Shown: piece after piece, positions 20,179 through 31,114 of the stretch
Position numbering within the stretch: position 1 is the first letter of the stretch
Layout of the letters: each line of letters opens with the position of its first letter
From: Bdellovibrionales bacterium
GTDB lineage: Bacteria; Bdellovibrionota; Bdellovibrionia; Bdellovibrionales; UBA1609
DNA length: 64,000 nucleotides
Direction: 5' to 3'
Assembly: GCA_965219095.1 (NCBI GenBank)
Contig: CBDCMT010000001.1
Location: 1,216,001 to 1,280,000, forward strand
Notes under the pieces: generated by a model
What the model was told of the DNA's origin: nothing
The model's database searches: none
The model's input: only the letters and a program-made list of their open reading frames with translations
Translations under genes and position numbers: made by a program

Positions 20179-20839
20179 CATGCAAGACATGTTTTTAGCA
20201 CTATAAGAAAATTCCAGAATTTTTTTAAAACCTTTCATAAAGCTCACTCCTTTAAGTTAAAAATTTGAAACAAATCTTGTGAGGTTTTGATCTTATCAAT
20301 GAGTACGGCTTGACCAACTTAACTGTCTTTCTTTTACTTGCAGGATTTTGTATCCAAAATAAAACAATATCTTTAAAAAGCTCGTTACATTCTTTTTACC
20401 TCCGATCTGTTTTTACAGAGTAGTTAAAAACGCTGAAGTTGGACCCATTCTTAAAAAGAAGTTCTCTGCTCTCCTTTTTGAAAGGTAAAAATTACATCAC
20501 TATAAAAAATTTATACAGTTTTTATAGTTTTAAAAAAAATAGTTTGTGTTTTAACTTCTTTATGATAGACTCACTTTAATGATTATGAAAACAAGGCCAG
20601 ACTGGAAGTCTAAAGTTAAGGGAGTAGGTGACAATTTTTGTCACCTTTTGAATTTTTTTTACAGTCTTAGAGGCTCAGCTTTAAATAATAAGGAGTTAAG
20701 CTTGGAATAGTTTTTGCTATATATAATTTTAGAAAGGTTAAAGCTCCTTACCTAGATATAAGAAAATAGGACTTAAAAACAAAAAAATGAAAGATAGCTA
20801 TTTGAAATAAATATCTTTCACAAATAGAAGGAGGATGTT

Positions 20840-21853
20840 ATGAAACCAAATAACAATAATATAAGGAAGGCTTTAATAGCTTTATTTACCATGGGAGCTT
20901 TAATAAGCTTAAGCTTTCCTGCTTTTTCTGAAGATGTGGATCCTGAATATGTGGATTGCTCTAAATACTTTAGAAAAGAGTTAAAAGAAGTTATTTCCGA
21001 AGGAAGAATTAATCTTTTTAGAAAAATATTAGAACAGTGTCAAATTGAAGTACCTGTGAATTATAGGATTAGTTATAAAAATGAAACTATGTTGGAATAT
21101 GCTCTTAATTCTGGTCAAAAAGAAATGGCGAAGCTTCTTTTGTCATACAAAGCCAATGCGAATAATAAATCACTACAAAATGCACTTACGAAAGCAATAA
21201 AAAATGGGGATTTAAGTTTTGCAAGAGTTCTTAATAAAAATGGTGCTGATTTAGAAAGTGTACTTATAGATGCAGCAAAGAAAGGAGATTCAAATCTTGT
21301 AAAGTCTCTTCTCGAATTTCCAGTAATAAATGTAAATGCTAAAGATGAATACGGAACGACAGCATTTATGTATGCAGCACGTTACGGACATCTCGATATT
21401 CTAGAGCTTCTTTTTAAAGTTAAAGGTTTAGATGTAAATGCTAAAGATGAATACGGAACGACAGCACTTATGTCTGCAGCACGTTACGGACATCTCGATA
21501 GTGTAAAGTTTCTTTCTGAAGTTTCAAATGTAAATGCTAAAGATAATGACGGAACGACAGCACTTATGTATGCAGCACTTTACGGACATCTCGATAGTGT
21601 AAAGTTTCTTTCTGAAGTTTCAAATGTAAATGCTAAAGATAATAACGGAATAACAGCATTTATGTATGCAGCACTTTACGGACATCTCGATAGTGTAAGA
21701 GTTCTTTTTGAAGTTTCAAATCTAAATCTAGATACTAAAGTTAATAAATACAGAACGACAGTAATAATAGCAGCATTTATGGGGGCGACATTAAAAGGAC
21801 ATTCAGATGTAGTAGACTTTCTCAAAGGAAAAGGACTGATATTGAAAAAGTAA
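20840..21853 (+). CDS. Secreted ankyrin-repeat protein
   Basis: RBS AGGAGG, signal peptide ending AFS, tandem VNAKDxxGTTALMYAAxYGHLD repeats. Confidence 0.93.
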   Translation: MKPNNNNIRKALIALFTMGALISLSFPAFSEDVDPEYVDCSKYFRKELKEVISEGRINLFRKILEQCQIEVPVNYRISYKNETMLEYALNSGQKEMAKLLLSYKANANNKSLQNALTKAIKNGDLSFARVLNKNGADLESVLIDAAKKGDSNLVKSLLEFPVINVNAKDEYGTTAFMYAARYGHLDILELLFKVKGLDVNAKDEYGTTALMSAARYGHLDSVKFLSEVSNVNAKDNDGTTALMYAALYGHLDSVKFLSEVSNVNAKDNNGITAFMYAALYGHLDSVRVLFEVSNLNLDTKVNKYRTTVIIAAFMGATLKGHSDVVDFLKGKGLILKK

Positions 21854-21974
21854 AGTCAGAAAACTGTATTATGAGCCTGTAAATTAAATTGTATAACTGA
21901 TTTTCTCATTTTAAATATCACTTCCTTGACAAACAGCCATGTATCCTTTTGAAGGTTGTTTTTTTATAAACCTA

Positions 21975-23266
21975 GTACACTGGAATTTTAATTTTTTCTA
22001 TGTTTAAGATTCATTTTCTTTTAATTTTAGCTATCCTTTTTTCTGTATATTGTCAATACAAGAGGCATTATGTTTTGCCATGAGGATTTTTTTTATGAAA
22101 GAAAAAACTAACCAAGGAGGGGTTATGAAAAGAAGAGTTAAAAAGAAAAGAGTCGAGATTCGATTAAAGAAGAAAGATGTAGAAGAGTTAAGTCATTTTG
22201 TAAAAAGAGCAAAAGCCAAAGCGAGAGAAATCATGAGGACCCATGTTTTACTTTTAAGCCACAAGGGTCGTTCTCCCACCGAGATATCAGAGTTTTTAGA
22301 CACGACTTTAAGAACAGTTCAAAACATAAAGGAGCGTTATAATTCAGGAGGAATCAAGAGAGCTCTTTATGATGCTCCTCGTCCTGGTCAGCCCAGAATT
22401 TTTAATGGGAAAGCCAGGGCTCATATAACAGCTTTAGCCTGTAGTAAGCCTGATGAAGGGTCTGGGGTTTGGAGTTTAAGGTTGTTGGCAGATAGGGCCG
22501 TGGAATTAGGTTATGTTGATAGTATTTCTCATACACAAGTTAGAAAGATTTTAAAAAAAAAATGAGCTCAGGCCCCATTTAAAACGTCAGTGGTGTCTGG
22601 GGAAACTTGATTCTAATTTTATTTGGCAGATGGAGAGGGTTTTAGATACTTATGAGAGAAAATACGATTTAAAAAATCCGGTTCTATGTTTTGATGAAAG
22701 GCCTTGTCAGTTGATTGATGATGTTTTGATTCCGGTTCCTGTCAGTCCTGGAAAAGAAAAAAGAGAGGATTATCATTATAAAAGAGAGGGGGTGTGTGTA
22801 GCTTTATTGGCCGTTGAGCCTTTGACAGGAAAGAGGATTGTGGAGGTGAGTCGTAGAAAGACGAAAGTAGATTATGCAAGGTTTATGAAAAAGGTGGCTG
22901 CAAAGTATAAAGGTTGTGAAAAGATCACATTGATACAAGATAATTTGAACACTCATAATCCCTCTTCATTTTATGAAAATATGAAAGCAGAGAGTGCTTT
23001 TGATTTAACAAATTGCTTTAAGATGATTTACACACCGAAGAAGGCGAGTTGGTTAAATATGGCAGAGATTGAGTTCTCAGCCCTTTCAAAGCAATGTTTA
23101 AATCGTCGTATAGGAAAATTCTCTAAGATGGAAAAAGAGATCACAGCTTGAGCAAAAAATAGAAATAAAAAAAGGATAAAAATAAACTGGCAATTTACGA
23201 ACACTAAAGCAAGAGAAAAATTTTCATCCTCATATAAGAATATGAAAAATTAAAATTCCAATGTAC
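21975..23266 (+). mobile_element. IS630-family element (type C), premature stop at 23149
   Basis: TIRs GTACACTGGAATTTTAATTTTT / AAAAATTAAAATTCCAATGTAC, TA flanks; ORFs 22050-22565 and 22630-23151. Confidence 0.9.
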
Positions 23267-23330
23267 TAGTACAGCATAACATAGTTATGTGGGTCGGTTG
23301 CTATTCTCCCTACCATTTTCTTGAGGAGTT

Positions 23331-23352
23331 TGTTCGTGATTTGTTCGTGATT
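23331..23352. repeat. Integrase arm-type site pair (TGTTCGTGATT)x2
   Basis: Identical to the 18056/18138 repeats, ~115 bp from the right core. Confidence 0.8.
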
Positions 23353-23653
23353 AACTATCCAAAACTGTGAAAAAGTGTGTGCATTTGGCCTGAAACAAGG
23401 AAGTGTTAGTTATTGTTTTTATTCTCTTTTTAGTGTTTTCAAGAGGTTATATAAAATAACCCCTCGGTTCAACAAGGGACTACGATCCTCTTTTAGAGGA
23501 GATCTCTGGTGGCACAGGAGTTAAGAAGAGCTCTGTTTCTAGAGCTTTTGTAAATTCCTCTAAGAAGGCTTTAGATGAGATGAACTCTAAGGGCTTGTCT
23601 GAGCATGAGTTTGTTTCAGTCATGATAGATGGGTAGGCTTTGGAGATCGTACA

Positions 23654-24331
23654 GTGGTGCTTGCTTTAGGCATCGACGTGACGGGCAAAAAACACATTAT
23701 AGGGTTACGAGAAGGAACTACAGAAAATTGCGAGCTGACAAAAGATCTTTTAGAGAACCTTGTTTCTAGAGGTATGGATTCAGATAAGGGCTATCTTTTT
23801 ATTATTGATGGTTCTAAAGCCCTAAGGAAGGCTATCAAGGCAGTTTGGGGAAAAAAGTCTGTTGTTCAACGTTGCATTCGTCACAAAGAAAGAAATATCC
23901 TCAATTATTTGCCAAAAGAAAGACATCAAGAGTTTCGCATTCGTTGGAAAAGACTTCATGGTTTAGTAGATTATGAATCGGCTTTGAAAGAGCATGAGGA
24001 GTTAGTTTGTTGGTTGAAACAGATCAACCATTCAGCTTTAGAATCTCTTGAAGAAGCTTGTAAGGAGACTTTGACTGTGATTCGTCTTAAATACCCCCTC
24101 CTTGAAAAAGACTTTACTGTCAATTCTATAGAGTCCATGTTTTCCTACACAAGGTATAGGACAAGGAGAGTTAAGAACTGGAAGAAAGGAGCAGACCAAG
24201 TGAGTCGTTGGGCTGCTGTTACTCTCTTTGATGCTGAGAAAAGATTTAAACGAATCAGAGGCTTTATGTATTTAAAAAACTTTAAAGAAAACTTAGAAAA
24301 AATGGTTGCAAAACAAAGAAAGGTCGCTTAA
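23654..24331 (+). pseudogene. IS256 transposase C-terminal part
   Basis: ALGIDVTGKK, IIDGSKAL, VQRCIRHK, NSIES. Confidence 0.88.
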
Positions 24332-24458
24332 ACATGAAATCGTCCTCTAGAATTCCACCGAGAAATGGGACATCCTCGTTTCCAGTCAAAGCTAAGAAAA
24401 ACAAAATACTTGATTTAAAACAAAAATCTTTCTATAAAGGAAGAAGAAAGTTTTTTGC

Positions 24459-24534
24459 AGGGGGTTAGCTCAGCTGGTAGAGCACCACCCTTACAAGGTG
24501 GATGTCATCGGTTCGATTCCGGTACTCCCTACCA
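24459..24534 (+). tRNA. tRNA-Val(TAC)
   Basis: Cloverleaf, CCACC-CTTACAA-GGTGG, GGTTCGATTCC, CCA. Confidence 0.97.
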
Positions 24535-24631
24535 ATCTTTCCAGCAAGACTTTTTTCAGTAAATTAACTCTGCCTGATATAGTGCTTAATGCAATCTAAA
24601 TTTTATCTATGAAAAGTTTAAAGGAGGCAAA

Positions 24632-25072
24632 ATGAAAAAAGGTAGTATTATTATTTTATCAATCTTACTTACTTTCAGTTTCCTTGAAAGTGTTTATGTA
24701 GGTGGTGGCTCTACTTTCAGAGTGTCTGTAAGTACAGAAAATCTTGACAATGGATACATAGAAAAAAAACTAAGTGACTTTTTTAAAAACTTTACTCTTC
24801 ATAAAGCTCAATACTCTGATAACGACTTTAATGAAATTATGTACTACAAAAGTTTATTTGAAAGAACATCTCGTTACGATAGAGCTATTTTTGAAAGGTT
24901 AAGAAGGAAGTTCTATGATTCTCAGGAAAAAATAGATGCCCCCGCACAAGTGCGGGGGCTTTACCTTACAGCTTCACTCGAAGCTGACCTGAACATGGTT
25001 TCCTTAGTACTCAACATAGCTTTTTATAACGGCTTGTATGTTGACTCCACTTTTTCAACACAGTCCAGTTAA
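24632..25072 (+). CDS. Hypothetical secreted protein; 3' part overlaps a structured region
   Basis: RBS AAGGAGG, MKKGSIIILSILLTFSF. Confidence 0.55.
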   Translation: MKKGSIIILSILLTFSFLESVYVGGGSTFRVSVSTENLDNGYIEKKLSDFFKNFTLHKAQYSDNDFNEIMYYKSLFERTSRYDRAIFERLRRKFYDSQEKIDAPAQVRGLYLTASLEADLNMVSLVLNIAFYNGLYVDSTFSTQSS

Positions 25073-25258
25073 GGAAGATTGTCGGTAAAATCGTTAGGAT
25101 TTGAAAAAGGGACTCCTCTGAGCTAAACTCAGGGTACAAAAAATGCCCTTTCTGAAAGTCTAACGGGATTACGGACATCCTCTCAAAGGCCTTTTAAGGC
25201 CTCATGGTTGATAGCTCCAAGCCCACGTCACAAGACAACGTATTCTTTTTTGGCATCT
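24934..25258. ncRNA. Candidate structured ncRNA or palindromic element, family unknown
   Basis: At least six helices and raised GC; see findings. Confidence 0.45.
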
Positions 25259-25350
25259 TTATAATACACCAAGAAGTTTCCGTGATTTTTTAACTTGCTC
25301 TTTGCTTTTTTTGACTGTAAAATGAGAATAGGTAAGGAGCGTTTTTATTT

Positions 25351-25557
25351 ATGGCCAAAAAGATTAAAGATAGGGTGAAACCAACACAAAAAACAAAAGA
25401 GAAAAAACAAAAATTAGGTTATGGAAACTGGCTTTTCCGTAAAAAAGGAACAGCAGCAGAACCTTGGCCAACAGCAGAAGAACTCTGGAATGATCCCGAA
25501 GTACAACAAGCAATTAGAGCTTATAACAAATTAGTTACAAAAAAACAAAGCTCATAA
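25351..25557 (+). CDS. Small hypothetical protein
   Basis: RBS AAGGAG, 68 aa. Confidence 0.6.
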   Translation: MAKKIKDRVKPTQKTKEKKQKLGYGNWLFRKKGTAAEPWPTAEELWNDPEVQQAIRAYNKLVTKKQSS

Positions 25558-25586
25558 AACCAGATACTAGACTTTCATAATATTCT

Positions 25587-26219
25587 TTGGGCTATTCCCG
25601 GAATAGTTTTCATTCATTTTATAATAAACATAGGCCTGAAAGATTAGCAGCAACAGCTGTTAATCTTTCAGGCTGGCCTTATATTTTTACCCTTGTTTTG
25701 ATAGCGACTTTAACTTGGCTTCCTGCTGAATTAATTATGGAAACATGTAGTCTTGAGGGGCTAAAAAAGAAATTATTTATATTATTAATTGCATCATTAA
25801 TTTTTACGCCTGCTTTACTATTATTAGCTCAAATTGAATTCATTGCTAAGTGGATATTTCTACCAGTACAAGATAACTTTTATAAAAAATGTATTGAATG
25901 GGATAATAAAGAAGTTGTAATGACTCTTAAAAACGGAAAGACCTATCAAGGTCTTTTATGGAAATATCCGGAAAATCCAAAATCAAGACATGAGTCTCAA
26001 ACAATTTCTATAGTACCGTTTAAGAGTGGATACAGAAAAAAAGAAACAAAGGAGGTAGTCTGGAACACTTATTATCCTAAATATGAAAACCACTCTGATT
26101 TGATTGATATGGAAGTCATTATACCACGAACAGAAATCATTACTTTTAGAAAGTTTAGCCGTAAAACCTTTGAACATTTTGAGAACCAAAATAACTGTCA
26201 GCACAAAAAGAGGGACTAA
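25587..26219 (+). CDS. Hypothetical membrane protein, probably frameshifted at the N-terminus
   Basis: TM segments then TLKNGKTYQG...PFKSGYR; alternative upstream frame ILWAIPGIVF. Confidence 0.6.
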   Translation: MGYSRNSFHSFYNKHRPERLAATAVNLSGWPYIFTLVLIATLTWLPAELIMETCSLEGLKKKLFILLIASLIFTPALLLLAQIEFIAKWIFLPVQDNFYKKCIEWDNKEVVMTLKNGKTYQGLLWKYPENPKSRHESQTISIVPFKSGYRKKETKEVVWNTYYPKYENHSDLIDMEVIIPRTEIITFRKFSRKTFEHFENQNNCQHKKRD

Positions 26220-26336
26220 AAAAAGAGCTTGATGAGAGAGAAGATGGGTAATACCATTTCTAAAAATTATTTGTAATAGAGGTCTATCGAAAAGTAGTCA
26301 AGAAAAAATCAGTTACACAATTTAATTTACAGGCTC

Positions 26337-26747
26337 AATTTAAAATCTTATGAGAAAGTAAAATTAAGACATTTGATGAAGTACAATTTAAAAAGTATCC
26401 GCTGTTATTTTTTAAAAGAAGACTTCCGACAGTTATGGACCTATGTTTCACCAACTTGGTCTGGTAAATTTATAGACAGTTGGACGAGACGAGTCATGCT
26501 TTCAAAAATTGAACCTATGAAAAGAGAAGCAAAAACCATACGAAGACATAAACTACTTATTCTTAATTACTTCAAGGCTAAAAAAGTCTTCTCCTCAGGG
26601 ATTGTAGAGGGTTTAAACAACAAAGTAAAACTCACTATGAGAAAATCTTACGGCTTTAGAACCTCTAAAGCTATAAAAATCGCCTTATATCATAACATTG
26701 GAAAACTGCCAGAACCTCCGGGAACCCACAGATTCTTTTGAGGAGGC
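26337..26747 (+). mobile_element. ISL3 3' fragment
   Basis: ORF 26373-26741 plus right TIR. Confidence 0.9.
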
Positions 26748-26759
26748 AAAAAAAATAAT

Positions 26760-27063
26760 ATGGACATGACAGTTTGGCTTGAGTATTTTGTAAGAAGCTT
26801 CTTATCTCAAATGAGTGAAATTATGTCTGTTGGAAAAAAAGTCATTCGTAAAGATGCTTTCGTAGAGAAGTACAGCTTGTCGAAGCGATAGGGAATAATT
26901 ATTGAGCATATTTTAGAACATGAAAGTCTTGCTTCTAAAGACTTTGATAAGATTTGTATAAAGATGGGGTGTGTAGATAAAAATATGAAAAATAAGACAA
27001 TACCTAAGGTGACAAGAAGAATTCTACAAAAAGATCTGAAAGATTTGATTGACAAAAAAATTA
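26760..27063 (+). pseudogene. Fic-family protein C-terminal fragment
   Basis: DMTVWLEYFV...TRRILQKDLKDLIDKKI (wHTH-like), internal stop. Confidence 0.6.
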
Positions 27064-27425
27064 GAGTCCTACCGGGAATTTGTGGGTAAAAACGCCTAAA
27101 GCAGCTCATAAAATTGATGATTTAGTGTGACAAAGAAGTAGGGCATCTTGTCTTTGAATGTTTGTAACTGCTTACGCCAATTACAAAAATTAATTTCGAC
27201 ATTTTTTTCTAAATCATTGAAATTTTGTGTGATGATCTAAGGAAATGTTTTGTTATGAAGGTTTTAAAACCTTCCTTGAGAGAGGTGTTTGAGTTTTCAT
27301 TAAGATATGTTCATTTCAGGTATTTTATTTATTGTGTGAATCGATTGATGGGTTAAAATAAGTATGAAAAAGTGAGGGTAAAATTTAAAATGAAAAAATC
27401 AGTTACACAATTTAATTTGCAGGCT
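27064..27425. repeat. Stack of IS-end remnants (ISL3-like left end, IS630-type IR, GAGCCTG-type end)
   Basis: 27174-27425 resembles 52098-52346. Confidence 0.65.
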
Positions 27426-27427
27426 CT

Positions 27428-27632
27428 CATTTGAGCATTCTCGCCATAGTAGTCCACAAAACTTTGTTGTCAGTCTTTTAGGTGCCCTCATTGCTTACTT
27501 GCTTAAAATCTAAAAACCCTCCATTCAACTTAAAAACTCAAGAACAGAGGCTTCTGAAAAGAAAATATGGATGACCAGCCTTTCAAAAGGGCTGGTCATC
27601 CATATGAGTAAATAAAAGTCAAAACTTCAGGT
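27428..27632 (+). pseudogene. IS982 3' fragment with inserted hairpin
   Basis: Similar to 37407-37564 (EHSRH.SP.NF). Confidence 0.78.
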
Positions 27633-27637
27633 ATTTA

Positions 27638-29336
27638 CCTGAGTTCGTGCTCAAAAATGTACACTACAGACGGACGTTTTTTTGACAAGACTTTTTCCAA
27701 TAGATCTTAGTATTTTTTCTTGAACTTTATTCAAAGCTACTGTTTTGATAAGTCTAGTTTTATTTTTTCGGTCATAAAGATAGACATTATACATGCTACC
27801 GAGTTCTTCAAGAGCTTCCTCTGGAGACATCTGCATCTTTTCAAGCTTCATTTTTAGAATTGAAAGTATCAGACAAGATAAATAGCATATAAAGACATGT
27901 GATTGAACTCTGTTGTAAAGCCAATGACGAATTGGTCTCAAATTTGTTATTCCCTTTAAGGTCCTAAAAGATTTTTCAATTATCTCTTTCTTATAGTACA
28001 AATTAACAATATCTTTTGTAGAGATCTTTTTTGTAGAAAATATACAAGAGTAACCATCAAACTCAGATTCTAAATTCAACCGATCTCTTCTTAATCTTCC
28101 TGTTGGAGTAAGGTATTTTTCCAAACCTGGTTTTATATTTTTATTTTTAGACAAAAGAATTTGTGCGTTTGCAATTTCGTCCAAACGAGATTCTCTTATA
28201 TCTAAAGCTCTCCTTTGATTGTAACAAACAACTAAACGTCCTTTGATTTTTCCAACATTGTGATTAATGCTCTGAGCATACAAGGTACCACTTGATAACC
28301 TGATGCGATGGGATACATCAACAATAGAGTCTAGCCTTATCATTTTTCTAATCAAATCCTTCTCTTTCTTTCTGAGAGCAATCCCACAAAGCGTATTCCA
28401 GCCCAATTCATTGATTTCATTGAGGTTTCTCTCTGAGAAAATGCCTCTGTCGTAAACAAACATTCCTCCACTTAGTCCATAGTTTGCAAATCCATCGGAT
28501 AAACTTAGTAGAGTCCTGCTATCGTGTATGTTTCCACTAAAAGTTTTATGAAACACTGGTATTCCTTCTTTTTGAGTTGTCACCAAACCAATTTGAATCA
28601 AAGGATTTCCACGTTTCCCATCCTTACTCTTTCCTAATTTTCCAAGCTGACATTTGCTACCATAAAGGTATGTATTGGTAACATCGTACACCAACCCTTT
28701 TAGCTCAAGATTGTACCTTTTCTGAACACCTTGAAATATTTTCTTCTGTAAATTTTCTGGATCACTCTCTAAAGAATCTAGAGCAGAAAGCAAACGACTT
28801 TCGGTTAGATCCTCTAAATTTAGCAAAGTGTTTAAATCTGTTCTCTCATACCATTTTGGCATTTTTCTAAGGCTTTTGTAATCTAAACAGTGAGCATAGA
28901 CCATGCTTAATATTTCATTGGAGTATTGGCCAAGAGATTTTTGCAAATCTATTTCCCTAGCTATTTTATCTAAAACAAGCAAAGGACCATAAACCTTGAC
29001 CTTTTCTATTTCAAGATCAGATGAACTCATTGAAATTACAGTTTCACCATTCTCTTCCTTCCCGATGTACCGAATATGCTTTTGGATAACTTTTCCATCA
29101 ACCCTTTTGTTCTCTACTTCTGCAAGATATGTTACCTTTCCTCTTTTTATTCTTCTGATAAAGCTCATATTTCTCCCTCTTGTAGTGTAATATATTACAC
29201 TACAAAGGAAAATGCAAGGCAAGTTATTTTTTGTGATTTTATCTAAAAATCGAAAATTCCCCTATGAAAACTGAGATTTTTATGGAAAATGGGAAATTAT
29301 AGCTTTGTAGTGTACATTTTTGGTCACGAATTTAGG
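27638..29336 (-). mobile_element. IS1634 type A, copy 2 (1699 bp)
   Basis: Same TIRs; 7-bp TSD GTATTTA. Confidence 0.92.
27651..29168 (-). CDS. IS1634 transposase
   Basis: Near-identical to 4344-5861. Confidence 0.9.
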   Translation of the reverse strand: MSFIRRIKRGKVTYLAEVENKRVDGKVIQKHIRYIGKEENGETVISMSSSDLEIEKVKVYGPLLVLDKIAREIDLQKSLGQYSNEILSMVYAHCLDYKSLRKMPKWYERTDLNTLLNLEDLTESRLLSALDSLESDPENLQKKIFQGVQKRYNLELKGLVYDVTNTYLYGSKCQLGKLGKSKDGKRGNPLIQIGLVTTQKEGIPVFHKTFSGNIHDSRTLLSLSDGFANYGLSGGMFVYDRGIFSERNLNEINELGWNTLCGIALRKKEKDLIRKMIRLDSIVDVSHRIRLSSGTLYAQSINHNVGKIKGRLVVCYNQRRALDIRESRLDEIANAQILLSKNKNIKPGLEKYLTPTGRLRRDRLNLESEFDGYSCIFSTKKISTKDIVNLYYKKEIIEKSFRTLKGITNLRPIRHWLYNRVQSHVFICYLSCLILSILKMKLEKMQMSPEEALEELGSMYNVYLYDRKNKTRLIKTVALNKVQEKILRSIGKSLVKKTSVCSVHF

Positions 29337-29387
29337 GTATTTAGTGTGCACATTGAAACCAGCCTGTATTAAGATCAAATCCTATTA

Positions 29388-29643
29388 CCTAAGTTTGAGA
29401 CAATTTTTACTCACTAGGATTTAAGAAAGTATGGAAGTGCGATTTCTCAAAATTCCTAAATCTATGGAATTCAGTATTTTTTCTTGCTTCTTATTTAAAG
29501 TAACAGTTTTCATCAACCTTACTTTTTTCTTTTTATCAGAAAAATAAACATTATACATTGTTTCCAACTCCTCAATGGCTTTTTGTGGAGATATTCCAAC
29601 ATTTTTATGATTTAATCTCATTTTTAAAATTGATAATAAAAGA
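29388..29643 (-). mobile_element. IS1634 type B 3' fragment
   Basis: Matches 8614-8870. Confidence 0.88.
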
Positions 29644-31010
29644 GGCTCCTCCCGGGAATCTGTGGGTGAAAAGTAGCTAGAAATCCCCCAAAAAGGCTCA
29701 TATTAATCAAAGTAAGAGTAAGACATCCTATCTTGTATTTTTGAGTTCTTTGAGGCCTTACTGGCCTCTATCACCTCCGGTGATTGAACTCAAAAACATT
29801 CATTTTATTTGCTTTTATTTGCTGTGTTACATTAAAATTTTAAAAAAGAAGCACCTACTTCCCAGATGCCTTAAAATGTTATTCAAAAAAAAAAAAGGAG
29901 GGAAGAGATGCTTTTGAAGACTATACTAAATGATTGTTTAAGATGGAAGTCTTTTGTATACGGAGACATTTATTTTTCAAAAGATAGAAAGTCAATTAAT
30001 GTTCCTATTAAGGCTCGTAAAAATGGCCAAGCTTTTTGTAGTGTTTGTAAGAAGCCCTGTTCAGTGTATGACAGCAGTAAATCATCACGGGACTTTGAAT
30101 CCCTTCCTATTTTAAGTTACAGGGTGTTTTTTGTTTATTTTGTAAGAAGAGTTAATTGTTCTTGCTGTGGAGTAAAAGTTGAGTATTTACCTTGGGCCGA
30201 TGGTAAGAAGAGTTTAACGATCTTTTACATGAAGTATTTAGCAGACTGGTGTCGTCACCTGTCTTGGAAAGAGGTTTCTTGTAAGTTTCATGTCAGTTGG
30301 AATCAGGTCTATGCTTCGGTAGAATGGGTCGTAGAATATGGTTTAAAACAAAGGGTTTTAAAGGGAATACAAGCTATAGGTGTAGATGAAATACAATGGA
30401 AAAAGAACCATCAGTATCTCACCTTAGTCTATGAAATAAGCAAAACCCGTGTACGCTTGTTGTGGATAGGAGAAAAAAGAACAGAAAAGAGTTTTAGAAA
30501 ATTCTTTGATTTACTAAGAGAGAAGTCAAAAGAGATAAAGAAGATGGGTATGAACCCCTTTTAACAAAAGCTAGATGGCCCTTGTTAAAAAATGCAGAAA
30601 ATTTAAAATCTTATGAAAAAGTAAAATTAAGGCATTTAATACAGTACAATTTAAAAAGTATCCGCTGTTATTTTTTAAAAGAAGACTTCCGACAGTTATG
30701 GACCTATGTTCCACCAACTTGGGCTGGTAAATTTATAGACAGTTGGACGAGACGAGTCATGCTTTCAAAAATTGAACCTATGAAAAGAAAAGCAAAAACC
30801 ATACAAAGACATAAGCTACTTATTCTTAATTACTTCAAGGCTAAAAAAACCTTCTCCTCAGGGATTGTAGAGGGTTTAAACAACAAAGTAAAACTCACTA
30901 TGAGAAAATCTTACGGCTTTAGAACCTCTAAAGCTATAAAAATCGCCTTATATCATAACCTTGGAAAACTGCCAGAACCTCCGGGAACCCACAGATTCTT
31001 TTGAGGAGGC
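29644..31010 (+). mobile_element. ISL3 copy with internal deletion (pseudogene)
   Basis: Both TIRs present; CSDMW-DRFH segment missing near 30530. Confidence 0.92.
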
Positions 31011-31114
31011 CTTTTTTTTAAGTTTCATTTAGTTATAGTTTTTATTTGAGGCTGAAAAAAGGGGTTTTTATGATTCCAGCCTCTTTTACAAAACTGTAGG
31101 GTTGTTTAAGCTTT

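Larger units (their letters stand above)
17942..23476 (-). mobile_element. Small tyrosine-integrase integrative element carrying an ankyrin gene
   Basis: Core duplication TTCAACAAG (17942-17950, 23468-23476); arm repeats near both ends; int-xis. Confidence 0.88.
17464..24377 (+). mobile_element. IS256-family element (pseudogenised), split by a 5.5-kb integrative element
   Basis: 29-bp TIR GAGGATGTCCCATTTCTCGGTGGAATTCT at both ends; transposase rejoins as HEVSTRDYDPL. Confidence 0.9.

Noticed and set aside
19930..20247. 105-aa ORF as a real protein
   Set aside because: It runs through the GC-rich fold-back and has no recognisable motif, though a weak RBS means it is not fully excluded.
21330..21720. 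Tandem DNA repeats as CRISPR or DGR
   Set aside because: In-frame ankyrin repeats; no reverse transcriptase in the window.
24934..25258. Retron msr-msd, tmRNA, RNase P or omegaRNA assignment
   Set aside because: Diagnostic motifs and partner RT/IscB/TnpB genes not seen; left unassigned.
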